A stretch of DNA of 64,000 nucleotides, taken from NCBI GenBank assembly GCA_964016885.1, contig OZ024743.1:95232001-95296000 (forward strand), in the 5' to 3' direction. The notes beneath the pieces were generated by a model. It did not search any database, was not told the origin of the DNA, and saw only the letters and a program-made list of their open reading frames with translations. The DNA comes from Eledone cirrhosa. Taxonomy: Eukaryota. Below, piece by piece: positions 1 through 10,119 of this stretch. Both the position numbers and the translations under genes were made by a program. The stretch's first letter is position 1, and every line of letters begins with the position of its first letter.

Positions 1-1320
1 TACATAGCCATCTGTGGATCCGCCATCCCACTTGGCCCTTGTGTGGCATTATCACCACGCTGTATACGGACACACATAAACAAACAATCACACGGGCAGA
101 AAGGGCCCCAAAAATGAATAAGCATAAGTTTCATTGTAATGTAGTATTCGAATGTCTGACTTAGTTTTTGTTTTTTAAGTTTTACTTTTTCCCCCCTCTT
201 CTCTGTCCGTCCGCCTGCTTCTCTCTTCATTCTTATTTTCTTTACGTTTTTGGGGTGTCTTTTTTTGTTTTTGTTTTTCTCTGTTTGTTTTTCTCGTTTT
301 TTGCTGTTGTTGCTGTGCTGCTTTTGTTGTTTGTTTTTTCTTTTTTCTTTTGAGTCTATCTATATATTTTGATGCCTTCCTCTTTGTTAGTAGTAGGAAT
401 TCTATAATGTGGAAGTGGCAGCCAGCAGAGACTGGCGGCGTTGGCGATACTGAGACAGTGGTGGTGGTGATGTCGATACCGAGGCAGTGGTGGCGGTGAT
501 GCGACCGTATTACTGTAGTGATGGTGCTGTAGCGGTGTCAGCAGCAGTGAAGGAGTCAAGGGGTGGTGGCGGCGGTGATGGGATAGTGGTGGTAATGATG
601 GCCGTAGTGAGCGGTGGCGGTGAAGGTGAAAATGCTGTTGTGTTTAGTGTACACAGATGATGGGGTGGGTGGTGTATCTAGTTTCTGGTGTTGGTGAGTT
701 TCGCTGTCCTATATAGTGTAGCCAGAGGAGAGGAGGGGGGGGGGGGGGTTCTTCTTCTTCCATTTATAGCCATTTTATTTTTTTTGGATATACAGTGTAC
801 AATACAAAGTTGAATATTTGAATATTTGAGCCGTATTACTGTAGTGATGGTGCTGTAGCGGTGGCAGCAGCAGTGAAGGAGTCAAGGGGTGGTGGCGGCG
901 GTGATGGGATAGTGGTGGTAATGATGGCCGTAGTGAGCGGTGGCGGTGAAGGTGAAAATGCTGTTGTGTTTAGTGTACACAGATGATGGGGTGGGTGGTG
1001 TATCTAGTTTCTGGTGTTGGTGAGTTTAGCTGTCCTATATAGTGTAGCCAGAGGAGAGGAGGGGGGGGGGTTCTTCTTCTTCCATTTATAGCCATTTTTT
1101 TTTGGATATACAGTGTACAATACAAAGTTGAATATTTGAATATTTGAGCCTTATAACAATATATTTTGGGTCCGAATTTTTTTGGGGCTCAAGCCGGGTG
1201 CTTTACGTAGCATTTGTACTAAGAGTTGTTATTTCACAAATGATTTAAATATGTTAAAAATTCAAAACTTACGGGAGCGATTTCATGACCTCCGTCACCT
1301 CGTGCGTCTTCTTCCCGTCA

Positions 1321-1321
<1 letters not shown>
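1..1321 (-). mobile_element. Possible degenerate 5' UTR and ORF1 relic of a Tx1-related element, head-to-head with copy 1
   Basis: The minus strand from 1321 reads GGTGACGGAGG..CTCCCGTAAG..AATTTTTAA, resembling the Tx1 5' end GGTTGACGGAGG..CTCTGTAAG..AATTTTTAA. It is followed by AAAAAATGGCTA (cf. AAAAACATGGCTA at the ORF1 start) and C/A-rich low-complexity sequence. Confidence 0.3.
505..1150. repeat. Direct tandem duplication, ~326-bp unit, 2 copies
   Basis: CCGTATTACTGTAGTGATGG starts at 505 and 831, and both copies end in GAATATTTGAG. Confidence 0.9.

Positions 1322-1381
<60 letters not shown>
1322..1381 (+). repeat. (ATT)n microsatellite
   Basis: Perfect ATT run. A second run lies at 1471-1509. 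Confidence 0.95.
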
Positions 1382-1385
<4 letters not shown>

Positions 1386-1470
1386 TTGCCTTTCAACCTT
1401 ACGGGGTCGATAAAATAAAGTACCAGTAATACACTGCGTATTTGCTGGCCTTGTGCCAAAAGTAGAAACA
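1382..1470 (+). mobile_element. 5'-truncated tRNA-derived SINE (3' half)
   Basis: ACTTTGCCTTTCA.CCTTACGGGGTCGATAAAATAAAGTACCAG...GGCCTTGTGCCAAAAGTAGAAACA plus (ATT)n matches the full copies at 19274 and 58486. Confidence 0.9.
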
Positions 1471-1509
<39 letters not shown>

Positions 1510-1722
1510 GAATGCCATGGTTGACGGAGGCTCGGCTCTGTAAGGTATAGTAATTTTTAAGCGTTAAAACAATTGTAAATTGTTTAAAACTTGAACCAAA
1601 TTGTTGATAAAGACACCCTCCTCCTCGTGAGAGGGGTCTTTCTGTCCGTTATTTGGCCCTTCGGGGTTAAATAACCAGTTATTGGGGTTTTGTACCCAAA
1701 ATTTCATTTTAAACAAAAAAAC

Positions 1723-3819
1723 ATGGCTACCAAAAAGAAATTTCATACGTCACTCCCACTCATTCCGTCTTCTTCTTCCTCAATCATCACTACAGCAGAG
1801 AGAAGATTGTCTCTCTCCCTCCCTTCTTTAAATGTGTCTCTCTCCCTCCCTTCTCTTTCGCAAGTGACGAAAGAAAAGAAAAGTCTCGTGCAAAGCGTGC
1901 AAGGTTTCTCCACGACGACGACGACAGCGACGAAACAGGTGTGCGGGAAATACGAAAACCCAGTTCATTCGGCTGACGTCAGGAATAATAGCAGTAGCAG
2001 CCGTAATAACAACAGCAACAGTGACAATGAAAACAACAGTAGCAGCCGCAACAGCATCACCAGCAGCATAAACAACAACAGCATTAGCAGCAGCAACACC
2101 AACAACAACCACAGCAACAGCGGCAGAGGCAGTAGTCGTAGTACCTGCAGCAACAACAAAAGTACCAGCAGCTCTGACGACAACAACAACAGCAGAGAAA
2201 AACCAATCTCATTTGCAGGTATTGCGAAAAATTTGGAAACAATCCTCATAACAAATGAGGAATTAGAGGAAGCGAAGAAGATGGTGACAAAGAACGGACA
2301 CCGAGCAATCTGCAAGGCAGCGAAAAATTTTTTCGAAACCCAAGAGCACTGTACGGTCACGTACCGTACAGTAAGTACAAAATCCCGTAGGGTGGAAAGA
2401 GCCACAGAGGCCCAAATACAAAAAGCCTTGGGGTCTGTGTGGCAGCGGAAAACGCACATCACCCGAGGCAAAAAATATGCCACCGTAGACGTACTTTTTG
2501 CCACACCCCAGGAGGCAAAGGCCCAATCAGTAGTGACCCTAAGGAGCGAGGAAATGGTGTTGGTGCCCTCCTACTGTGGGCAAAAAATTGTGAGGGTCAA
2601 ACTGACCCACGTCCCCCCCGGAATGACCCCTTCTTGGCTGGCCGCGTCTGTCCTCGTCGGAATCGAGGACAAAACAACTGTACTGCAAGTACAGAAAAAA
2701 GTAAGAGAAGATTGGGTCGGCTCCTCCATTGAGATGCTAATCCAAACCAACCAGGAGTGCATCGAAGCTATCCCGGATGTGATAGACTTCGATAACGGCA
2801 CTCAACTGCCCATAAGTGTTGAGGGCAAACGCCCGAAATGCTTTCGCTGTGGATCGAAGACTCACCTCAGGGCCTTCTGCAACGAGAAGACCCTGAGAAA
2901 GGAGAAAACCCCCCTCCTTCCGAATCCGGCTCCACGGCTACCAGCAACAGGACAAGCGGCAACCAGGAACGATAGGCCCGTGGCACCCATACCCACTCCA
3001 CGGAAATCAAAAACAGCAACAGCAGTGGAAATACTAACAACAACAACAGCAATACCAAATGCAGCTGCAACAGAGACTCCAGTGCAAACATCACCAACAA
3101 CAACAAGTGAAAGAGTGGAGTTGGTACCCCTCCCCGACCTCACAGAATCAGACATGGAGTGTGAGGTGGGAGAGAGATGGCAAAAGGTCGTAAGAAGGCA
3201 CAAACGCAGAAGCAGCGCATCGTCGCCTTTGAAAAGTGAGGAAAGAAATGAGAAAAGGGTAAAGTCTACTGCAAAGAGACCCACAGCAGCAACAACACCA
3301 ACACCATCACCACCCACACTAGCGCCACCATCACCACCGGCGACAACCCCACCGCCAACAACACCTTCAACACCACCACCACAAGCACCAACATCGCAAA
3401 CACAACAACAAAACACACACACCCAGCAACAACGACAAGAAAATAGCAGAACCACACCCCACCCCCAGAAAAACAAATGCACGGCAATAAATACACACAA
3501 CAAGAAACTAATGACTTACATAATTGAACACACAGACATTTCACAACAGGACTACATAATACCAGCACCAATCAAAACGCCAACTAACATAAGACTGCTA
3601 AAAATAGCACAGAAACAATACACAAATATTAAAACGAAATTCCCCAACGCAGTTGGTGATTTCAGGGACCTAGGAGGAACCATCAATCGAAGAGTATACT
3701 CAGACATTCTCTTAGAAGAGCCGACGACCAGCCGAAGGGACGATTCAACGGTCCCTTCACCAGACGATCAAGTGAAAAGGGATGTAAAAACCATCCCTCC
3801 TCTACCAAAAGTACGGTAA
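1723..3819 (+). CDS. Tx1 ORF1 nucleic-acid-binding protein (698 aa from the first ATG) with a CCHC zinc knuckle
   Basis: ATG at 1723 (MATKKK). Contains CFRCGSKTHLRAFC = CX2CX4HX4C, plus N/S-rich and P/T-rich linkers. Confidence 0.88.
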   Translation: MATKKKFHTSLPLIPSSSSSIITTAERRLSLSLPSLNVSLSLPSLSQVTKEKKSLVQSVQGFSTTTTTATKQVCGKYENPVHSADVRNNSSSSRNNNSNSDNENNSSSRNSITSSINNNSISSSNTNNNHSNSGRGSSRSTCSNNKSTSSSDDNNNSREKPISFAGIAKNLETILITNEELEEAKKMVTKNGHRAICKAAKNFFETQEHCTVTYRTVSTKSRRVERATEAQIQKALGSVWQRKTHITRGKKYATVDVLFATPQEAKAQSVVTLRSEEMVLVPSYCGQKIVRVKLTHVPPGMTPSWLAASVLVGIEDKTTVLQVQKKVREDWVGSSIEMLIQTNQECIEAIPDVIDFDNGTQLPISVEGKRPKCFRCGSKTHLRAFCNEKTLRKEKTPLLPNPAPRLPATGQAATRNDRPVAPIPTPRKSKTATAVEILTTTTAIPNAAATETPVQTSPTTTSERVELVPLPDLTESDMECEVGERWQKVVRRHKRRSSASSPLKSEERNEKRVKSTAKRPTAATTPTPSPPTLAPPSPPATTPPPTTPSTPPPQAPTSQTQQQNTHTQQQRQENSRTTPHPQKNKCTAINTHNKKLMTYIIEHTDISQQDYIIPAPIKTPTNIRLLKIAQKQYTNIKTKFPNAVGDFRDLGGTINRRVYSDILLEEPTTSRRDDSTVPSPDDQVKRDVKTIPPLPKVR

Positions 3820-3854
3820 GTGGTCTTTCCCATCTTTTCCACTCTATTTTAAAC

Positions 3855-6800
3855 ATGACCTCACTCAGAATAGGCAGCATAAATGCGCGTGGCTTGGGGT
3901 CGTCATGGAAGCAGGGTCACCTGCTCAACGACCTCAGGTCACTAAACATAGATGTAGTGGCCATCAGCGAGACCAGAATCTCCGAAGCACGGGCCTTCGC
4001 ACCGATCTTCGGCGGCTTCGATGTGTACGCATCTCCCAGCCGTCCTGGATCCGGTGGAGGAGTTGCTGTGCTTTTTCGGAGAGGTTTGGATCTCGCCATA
4101 CGGGCCATCTTCCTGGACCCAGAGGGTAAGCTGGTGGTGCTGGACGTGACCAGCGGAGACGGGCAAGCTTTCAGGCTAGTGGCCGTCTATGCCCCGACAG
4201 GAGCAGGGCGGCCTGATTTCTTCCGGCGTCTGGAGACCTTTCTTGGAACGTCCCGCTCTTTAGTGTTAGTGGGCGACTGGAACGGGATCTTAGATGCACG
4301 CTGGGACTGTGTGGGATTAGCGGATAGGGGTGGAGGGTGCAAGAGCCTCACCAACCTGCTCAGGCGTTTTGAACTGTCTGACAGGTACCGATTGGATTTC
4401 CCGAATGTGCCAATGTGGACTTGGACAAACCGCATAGGGTCATCCAGATCATATCTAGATAGAGTATTTTGTAGGGAAATAGATAGGTCTAGCATAGGCT
4501 GTCCACAATTCAAGATAGTCAGCTACACGGACCACAAATTCGTGACCTGTGTGCTTGACTTAGATAGGCTTCATAGACGAGGACCCGGCTACTGGAAGCT
4601 AAACGCGTCCTTACCAGCGCGCAAGGCCTACAGAGACCGGATTAGCGAACTAGTTAAGCGGGCGTTGACGGGGGCCATCGTCAACAACAAGTGGTGGTTT
4701 GCTCTGAAAAGAGCGATTAGAATAGAATCGATTAGGTTTAGTAAGGCTTTAGCAATAGAGAAAAATAGAGCAGAGGGAGAACTAGTTAGAAAATTAGACG
4801 AGGCGCTTAGAAAAGGCATTGCGACCAACGTGCTTGCGGCGAAATTGGCCCTTGACCAATTCTTCAATGCAAAGCACGAAGGCTGCGTTGTCAGAGCTAG
4901 GGTGCGTGCTCTCAGACACGAGGGGACGAAAGCCGTTCAATGGGCCCGAGTGGCGGAGGCGCGTCGTGGCAACAAAGCCACGATCCGGTCTTTGGTGGAC
5001 CACGACGGGCGCATGCTACTCGATCCCGGGCAAATGTGTGAAGCTTTTCAGCGACACTTCGCTCAGCTGTTCGGGGGCAGCGGGGGGCCGGGTAGAGGGA
5101 TGGACTTTAGTGTCTACCTCGACGGACTGCCGCGGCTCTCGGCCACTGAGGCGAAGTGTTGCGAAAAGCCGATAACAGCCGCTGAAGTACGGGAGGCAAT
5201 GACTGGCTGCACAAGGGGTAAATCGCCTGGTTTGGATGGTCTGCCCTATGAACTTTACGTACAGATGCCAGACTTGTTCGGAGGCCTCTTGGCGGACGTC
5301 TACTGCAACTGGCAACAGAACGGGAGAATTCCCAGTTCTGTGAGCCGAGGAGCGGTGGCACTGCTGAGAAAGGATCCGAACAAGGGGGATAACATAGACA
5401 ATTTCCGGCCCATAACTCTGCTAAACACAGAGTTTAAGATTTTGGCCAAGGTGCTAGCAAAGAGGTTGGCGCTTGTCGTTGGTGGTCTGGTGGGAGAGGC
5501 GCAGACATGCGCCATTCCCGACAGATCCATCCACGACAACCTCCACCTCATGCGATACATCGTAGAGAGGGTAGCTAGGGAACCTGGCACGGGTGGGTCC
5601 TTGATCAATTTAGATCAGTCGAAAGCTTTCGATAGGGTCGACCATCGTTACCTAGCGGCAGTCCTGAGGGCGGCTGGCTTTGGGCCCGTCTTCAGAGGCT
5701 GGATCGCTGCCATGCACAGCGACATCTGCTCTGTGGTGAGAGTGAACGGTCACCTGTCGGAACCGTTCAACATCATGCGCTCGGTCCGCCAAGGATGTCC
5801 CCTCTCGTCCCTCTTGTACGTATTGACTCTCGAGCCATTACTGCACAAACTGGAGACGTTGAGGGGAGTCCCGCGCGAACTAGGATGCGGAAGATCCGTG
5901 TCAGCATATGCGGACGATGTCACCGTAGTGGTGTCGAACGCCAAACACATCGAGGCGATCGGCACTACACTAAGAGAATACGAAGCGGTGACAGGAGCAA
6001 TGATCAACCAGGAAAAGTCAGTGGGCCTGCAGCTCGGCACCTGGAGAGGCAGGTCCATGCCGTCCAACAGCGTCGTCGGGCGCTGGACGGACGGACCGGT
6101 TAAATTGCTAGGGGTCTGGTTCGGTCCGGACCTCCAGACGGACAAAAACTGGGACGAGGTGACGAGCAGGGTGGCTTCTCTCACCCAGAAATGGGCGGAG
6201 AGGAAGCTATCCCTGAAAGGTCGAGCGGAGGTGGCTAACGCGTACATCGCGTCTGTCATCTGCTACCGCCTAACCGTCGTACCTTGTCCTAAGCCTCGCC
6301 TGACTGCGCTGGAGCGTTTGCTCTTTCGCTTTTTGTGGAAGGGACGTGCTCCGATGGTCAGGCGGTCCATCTGTTGTCAACACCCGCTACGTGGAGGGCT
6401 GGGCATGCCGTGGCTGATGATGCGCAGGCACGCGCTCAGGCTACGACATCTCCACCTCTTCCTCGACGGTGATCAGGTGTGGTCGCCGTTTGCTAGACGC
6501 GTTTTTCCCCAGCTCGTTTCCTTGACGGAGCTGCAGTCCTGGGTCAAGCGAAGACCGAGAGGGAGCGCCTGGAGACTGGAATGTCTTCAGGCGCTCACAG
6601 CCCTCGACCAATCGGGCAATGTGATCGGTGGAAACTCCACCTCGGCGTTCTATAGAGGATTAGTGGAGGGGAAGAGCGACGACGTACTTGGGGAAACTCT
6701 AGGCGTCGACGAAAATCAACTAGCCAATCTCTTCGGAAGAACCTTCGGGCCAGGGCCTATGGACAACTTCCAGAAATCTCTGGCCTGGCAGTGCTACCGA

Positions 6801-7274
6801 GGAGCCTTGCCAGTTCGGGATAAACTCTACAGGCATGGAGGTGCCGTCAGCCGGGCATGTCCGAGATGCGCGCAGGGCGACGAAACCGTCCTGCACGCAC
6901 TCGTCCAGTGTCCGAAAATTGCTGACTTGTGGGTTTATGTCGAACACCTGCTGTCGCGTTTAGGACGGATCCAGCTATCATCTGAGTCTATCGTGAGGAT
7001 TGCCCCGCCCTCCTCCTTTAGCCGGGAAGGGCAGGCAGTTTTTATCTGTCTGGTGGCCATGGCGAAAGAGATAGTATGGTGGACACGTTTGAAAGGGCTG
7101 AAGACGAGCACTTACCTCTTCGGTGATGCTCTGATTGACTTTTTCAAATTTCATTTGAAAAGGAAAATCAGAGTAGAGAAGGAAGTGCTCTCTTCCCAGC
7201 ATTTTGTTGAAAGATGGGTGAGAGAAGCAAGAATGGCCCGAGTGAATGGGCCGACTCTGAGTATATATCTGTAA
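3855..7274 (+). CDS. Tx1 ORF2: apurinic-like endonuclease, reverse transcriptase and C-terminal CCHC finger (1139 aa)
   Basis: APE motifs SINARGL, ISET, VYAP, LVGDWN, LDRV and TDH. RT motifs PGLDG, FRPITLLNTEFKILAK, LDQSKAFDRVDH, VRQGCPLS and YADD. C-terminal CPRC..ETVLHALVQC. Confidence 0.96.
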   Translation: MTSLRIGSINARGLGSSWKQGHLLNDLRSLNIDVVAISETRISEARAFAPIFGGFDVYASPSRPGSGGGVAVLFRRGLDLAIRAIFLDPEGKLVVLDVTSGDGQAFRLVAVYAPTGAGRPDFFRRLETFLGTSRSLVLVGDWNGILDARWDCVGLADRGGGCKSLTNLLRRFELSDRYRLDFPNVPMWTWTNRIGSSRSYLDRVFCREIDRSSIGCPQFKIVSYTDHKFVTCVLDLDRLHRRGPGYWKLNASLPARKAYRDRISELVKRALTGAIVNNKWWFALKRAIRIESIRFSKALAIEKNRAEGELVRKLDEALRKGIATNVLAAKLALDQFFNAKHEGCVVRARVRALRHEGTKAVQWARVAEARRGNKATIRSLVDHDGRMLLDPGQMCEAFQRHFAQLFGGSGGPGRGMDFSVYLDGLPRLSATEAKCCEKPITAAEVREAMTGCTRGKSPGLDGLPYELYVQMPDLFGGLLADVYCNWQQNGRIPSSVSRGAVALLRKDPNKGDNIDNFRPITLLNTEFKILAKVLAKRLALVVGGLVGEAQTCAIPDRSIHDNLHLMRYIVERVAREPGTGGSLINLDQSKAFDRVDHRYLAAVLRAAGFGPVFRGWIAAMHSDICSVVRVNGHLSEPFNIMRSVRQGCPLSSLLYVLTLEPLLHKLETLRGVPRELGCGRSVSAYADDVTVVVSNAKHIEAIGTTLREYEAVTGAMINQEKSVGLQLGTWRGRSMPSNSVVGRWTDGPVKLLGVWFGPDLQTDKNWDEVTSRVASLTQKWAERKLSLKGRAEVANAYIASVICYRLTVVPCPKPRLTALERLLFRFLWKGRAPMVRRSICCQHPLRGGLGMPWLMMRRHALRLRHLHLFLDGDQVWSPFARRVFPQLVSLTELQSWVKRRPRGSAWRLECLQALTALDQSGNVIGGNSTSAFYRGLVEGKSDDVLGETLGVDENQLANLFGRTFGPGPMDNFQKSLAWQCYRGALPVRDKLYRHGGAVSRACPRCAQGDETVLHALVQCPKIADLWVYVEHLLSRLGRIQLSSESIVRIAPPSSFSREGQAVFICLVAMAKEIVWWTRLKGLKTSTYLFGDALIDFFKFHLKRKIRVEKEVLSSQHFVERWVREARMARVNGPTLSIYL

Positions 7275-7535
7275 ACTAAAGGTGGAAAACTGGGAGAGGG
7301 CACTTGCCTTGGTGGTCAGGGTCATTGTGGCTTTTTACTGGGCTTTCTCCACAAATGTCCCTCCGAAGTCTCCCCCCTATTGGGGAATTTTTCATTGTTA
7401 TTTTCATTGTTATTTTTGTTACATCCTCTATTTTTGTTTTTTTTACACGCAGAAATGCCCATTTGTACCGTCCTGCATTGTCCTGCACTGTCCTTAATGT
7501 CTACTTTATGTAAACCCTTGTGGTTAATAAAGAAA

Positions 7536-7537
<2 letters not shown>

Positions 7538-7592
<55 letters not shown>

Positions 7593-7632
7593 GTATTAGT
7601 AGTAGTGGTAGTAGTAGTAGTAGTAGTAGTAG
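7538..7632 (+). repeat. (ATT)n tail grading into (AGT)n
   Basis: Seen directly. Confidence 0.9.
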
Positions 7633-7743
7633 GAGTTCAAATCCCGCCGAGGTTGACTTTGCCTTTCATCCTTACGGGGTCGATAAAATAAAGTACCAGT
7701 AATGCACTGTGTAATTGCTGGCCTTGTGTCTAAAGTAGAGACA
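7633..7743 (+). mobile_element. 5'-truncated tRNA-derived SINE, from B box to tail
   Basis: GAGTTCAAATCCC B box, conserved body, and (ATT)n tail to 7791. Confidence 0.9.
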
Positions 7744-7791
<48 letters not shown>

Positions 7792-8005
7792 GAATGCCAT
7801 GGTTGACGGAGGCTCGGCTCTGTAAGGTATAGTAATTTTTAACCGTTAAAACAATTGTAAATTGTTTAAAACTTGAACCAAATTGTTGATAAAGACACCC
7901 TCCTCCTCGTGAGAGGGGTCTTTCTGTCCGTTATTTGGCCCTTCGTGGCTAAATAACCAGTTATTGGGGTTTTGTACCCAATATTCATTTTAAACAAAAA
8001 ACAAC

Positions 8006-10084
8006 ATGGCTACGAAAAAGAAATTTCATACGTCACTCCCACTCATTCCGTCTTCTTCTTCCTCAATCATCACTACAGCAGAGAGAAGATTGTCTCTCTC
8101 CCTCCCTTCTTTAAATGTGTCTCTCTCCCTCCCTTCTCTTTCGCAAGTGACGAAAGAAAAGAAAAGTCTCGTGCAAAGCGTGCAAGGTTTCTCCACGACG
8201 ACGACGACAGCGACGAAACAGGTGTGCGGGAAATACGAAAACCCAGTTCATTCGGCTGACGTCAGGAATAATAGCAGTAGCAGCCGTAATAACAACAGCA
8301 ACAGTGACAATGAAAACAACAGTAGCAGCCGCAACAGCATCACCAGCAGCATAAACAACAACAGCATTAGCAGCAGCAACACCAACAACAACCACAGCAA
8401 CAGCGGCGGAGGCAGTAGTCGTAGTACCTGCAGCAACAACAAAAGTACCAGCAGCTCTGACGACAACAACAACAGCAGAGAAAAACCAATCTCATTTGCA
8501 GGTATTGCGAAAAACTTGGAAACAATCCTCATAACAAATGAGGAATTAGAGGAAGCGAAGAAGATGGTTACAAAGAACGGACACCGAGCAATCTGCAAGG
8601 CAGCGGAAAAATTTTTCGAAACCCAAGAGCACTGTACGGTCACGTACCGTACAGTAAGTACAAAATCCCGTAGGGTGGAAAGAGCCACAGAGGCCCAAAT
8701 ACAAAAAGCCTTGGGGTCTGTGTGGCAGCGGAAAACGCACATCACCCGAGGCAAAAAATATGCCACCGTAGACGTACTTTTTGCCACACCCCAGGAGGCA
8801 AAGGCCCAATCAGTAGTGACCCTAAGGAGCGAGGAAATGGTGTTGGTGCCCTCCTACTGTGGGCAAAAAATTGTGAGGGTCAAACTAACCCACGTCCCCC
8901 CCGGAATGACCCCTTCTTGGCTGGCCGCGTCTGTCCTCGTCGGAATCGAGGACAAAACAACTGTACTGCAAGTACAGAAAAAAGTAAGAGAAGATTGGGT
9001 CGGCTCCTCCATTGAGATGCTAATCCAAACCAACCAGGAGTGCATCGAAGCTATCCCGGATGTGATAGACTTCGATAACGGCACTCAACTGCCCATAAGT
9101 GTTGAGGGCAAACGCCCGAAATGCTTTCGCTGTGGATCGAAGACTCACCTCAGGGCCTTCTGCAACTAGAAGACCCTGAGAAAGGAGAAAACCCCCCTCC
9201 TTCCGAATCCGGCTCCACGGCTACCAGCAACAGGACAAGCGGCAACCAGGAACCATAGGTCCGTGGCACCCATACCCACTCCACGGAAATCAAAAACAGC
9301 AGCAGCAGTGGAAATATTAACAACAACAACAGCAATACCAAATGCAGCTGCAACAGAGACTCCAGTGCAAACATCACCAACAACAAGTGAAAGAGTGGAG
9401 CTGGTACCCCTCCCCGACCTCACAGAATCAGACATGGAGTGTGAGGTGGGAGAGGAATGGCAAAAGGTCGTAAGAAGGCACAAACGCAGAAGCAGCGCAT
9501 CGTCGCCTTTGAAAAGGGAGGAAAGAAATGAGAAAAGGGTAAAGTCTACTGCAAAGAGACCCACAGCAGCAACAACACCAACACCATCACCACCCACACT
9601 AGCACCACCATCACCACCGCCAACAACACCTTTAACACCACCACCACAAGCACCAACATCGCAAACACAACAACAAAACACACACACCCAGCAACAACGA
9701 CAAGAAAATAGTAGAACCACACCCCACCCCCAGAAAAACAAATGCACGGCAATAAATACACACAACAAGAAACTAATGACTTACATAATTGAACACACAG
9801 ACATTTCACAACAGGACTACATAATACCAGCACCAATCAAAACGCCAACTAACATAAGACTGCTAAAAATAGCACAGAAACAATACACAAACATTAAAAC
9901 GAAATTCCCCAACGCAGTTGGTGATTTCAGGGACCTAGGAGGAACCATCAATCGAAGAGTATACTCAGACATTCTCTTAGAAGAGCCGACGACCAGCCGA
10001 AGGGACGATTCAACGGTCCCTTCACCAGACGATCAAGTGAAAAGGGATGTAAAAACCATCCCTCCTCTACCAAAAGTACGGTAA
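8006..10084 (+). pseudogene. Tx1 ORF1 with a premature stop
   Basis: GAG>TAG at 9167-9169, just after the zinc knuckle. Also 3-nt and 15-nt in-frame deletions relative to copy 1. Confidence 0.88.
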
Positions 10085-10119
10085 GTGGTCTTTCCCATCT
10101 TTTCCACTCTATTTTAAAC

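Larger units (their letters stand above)
1510..7537 (+). mobile_element. Full-length Tx1-clade (L1 group) non-LTR retrotransposon, copy 1, both ORFs intact
   Basis: 5' UTR, gag-like ORF1, APE-RT ORF2, and a 3' UTR ending AATAAAGAAATC then (ATT)n. The ends are defined by identity with copy 2. Confidence 0.93.

Noticed and set aside
1690-1722. ORF1 start given at 1690 in the ORF track
   Set aside because: It is a TTG start and is out of frame in copy 2. The shared ATG at 1723/8006 is preferred.
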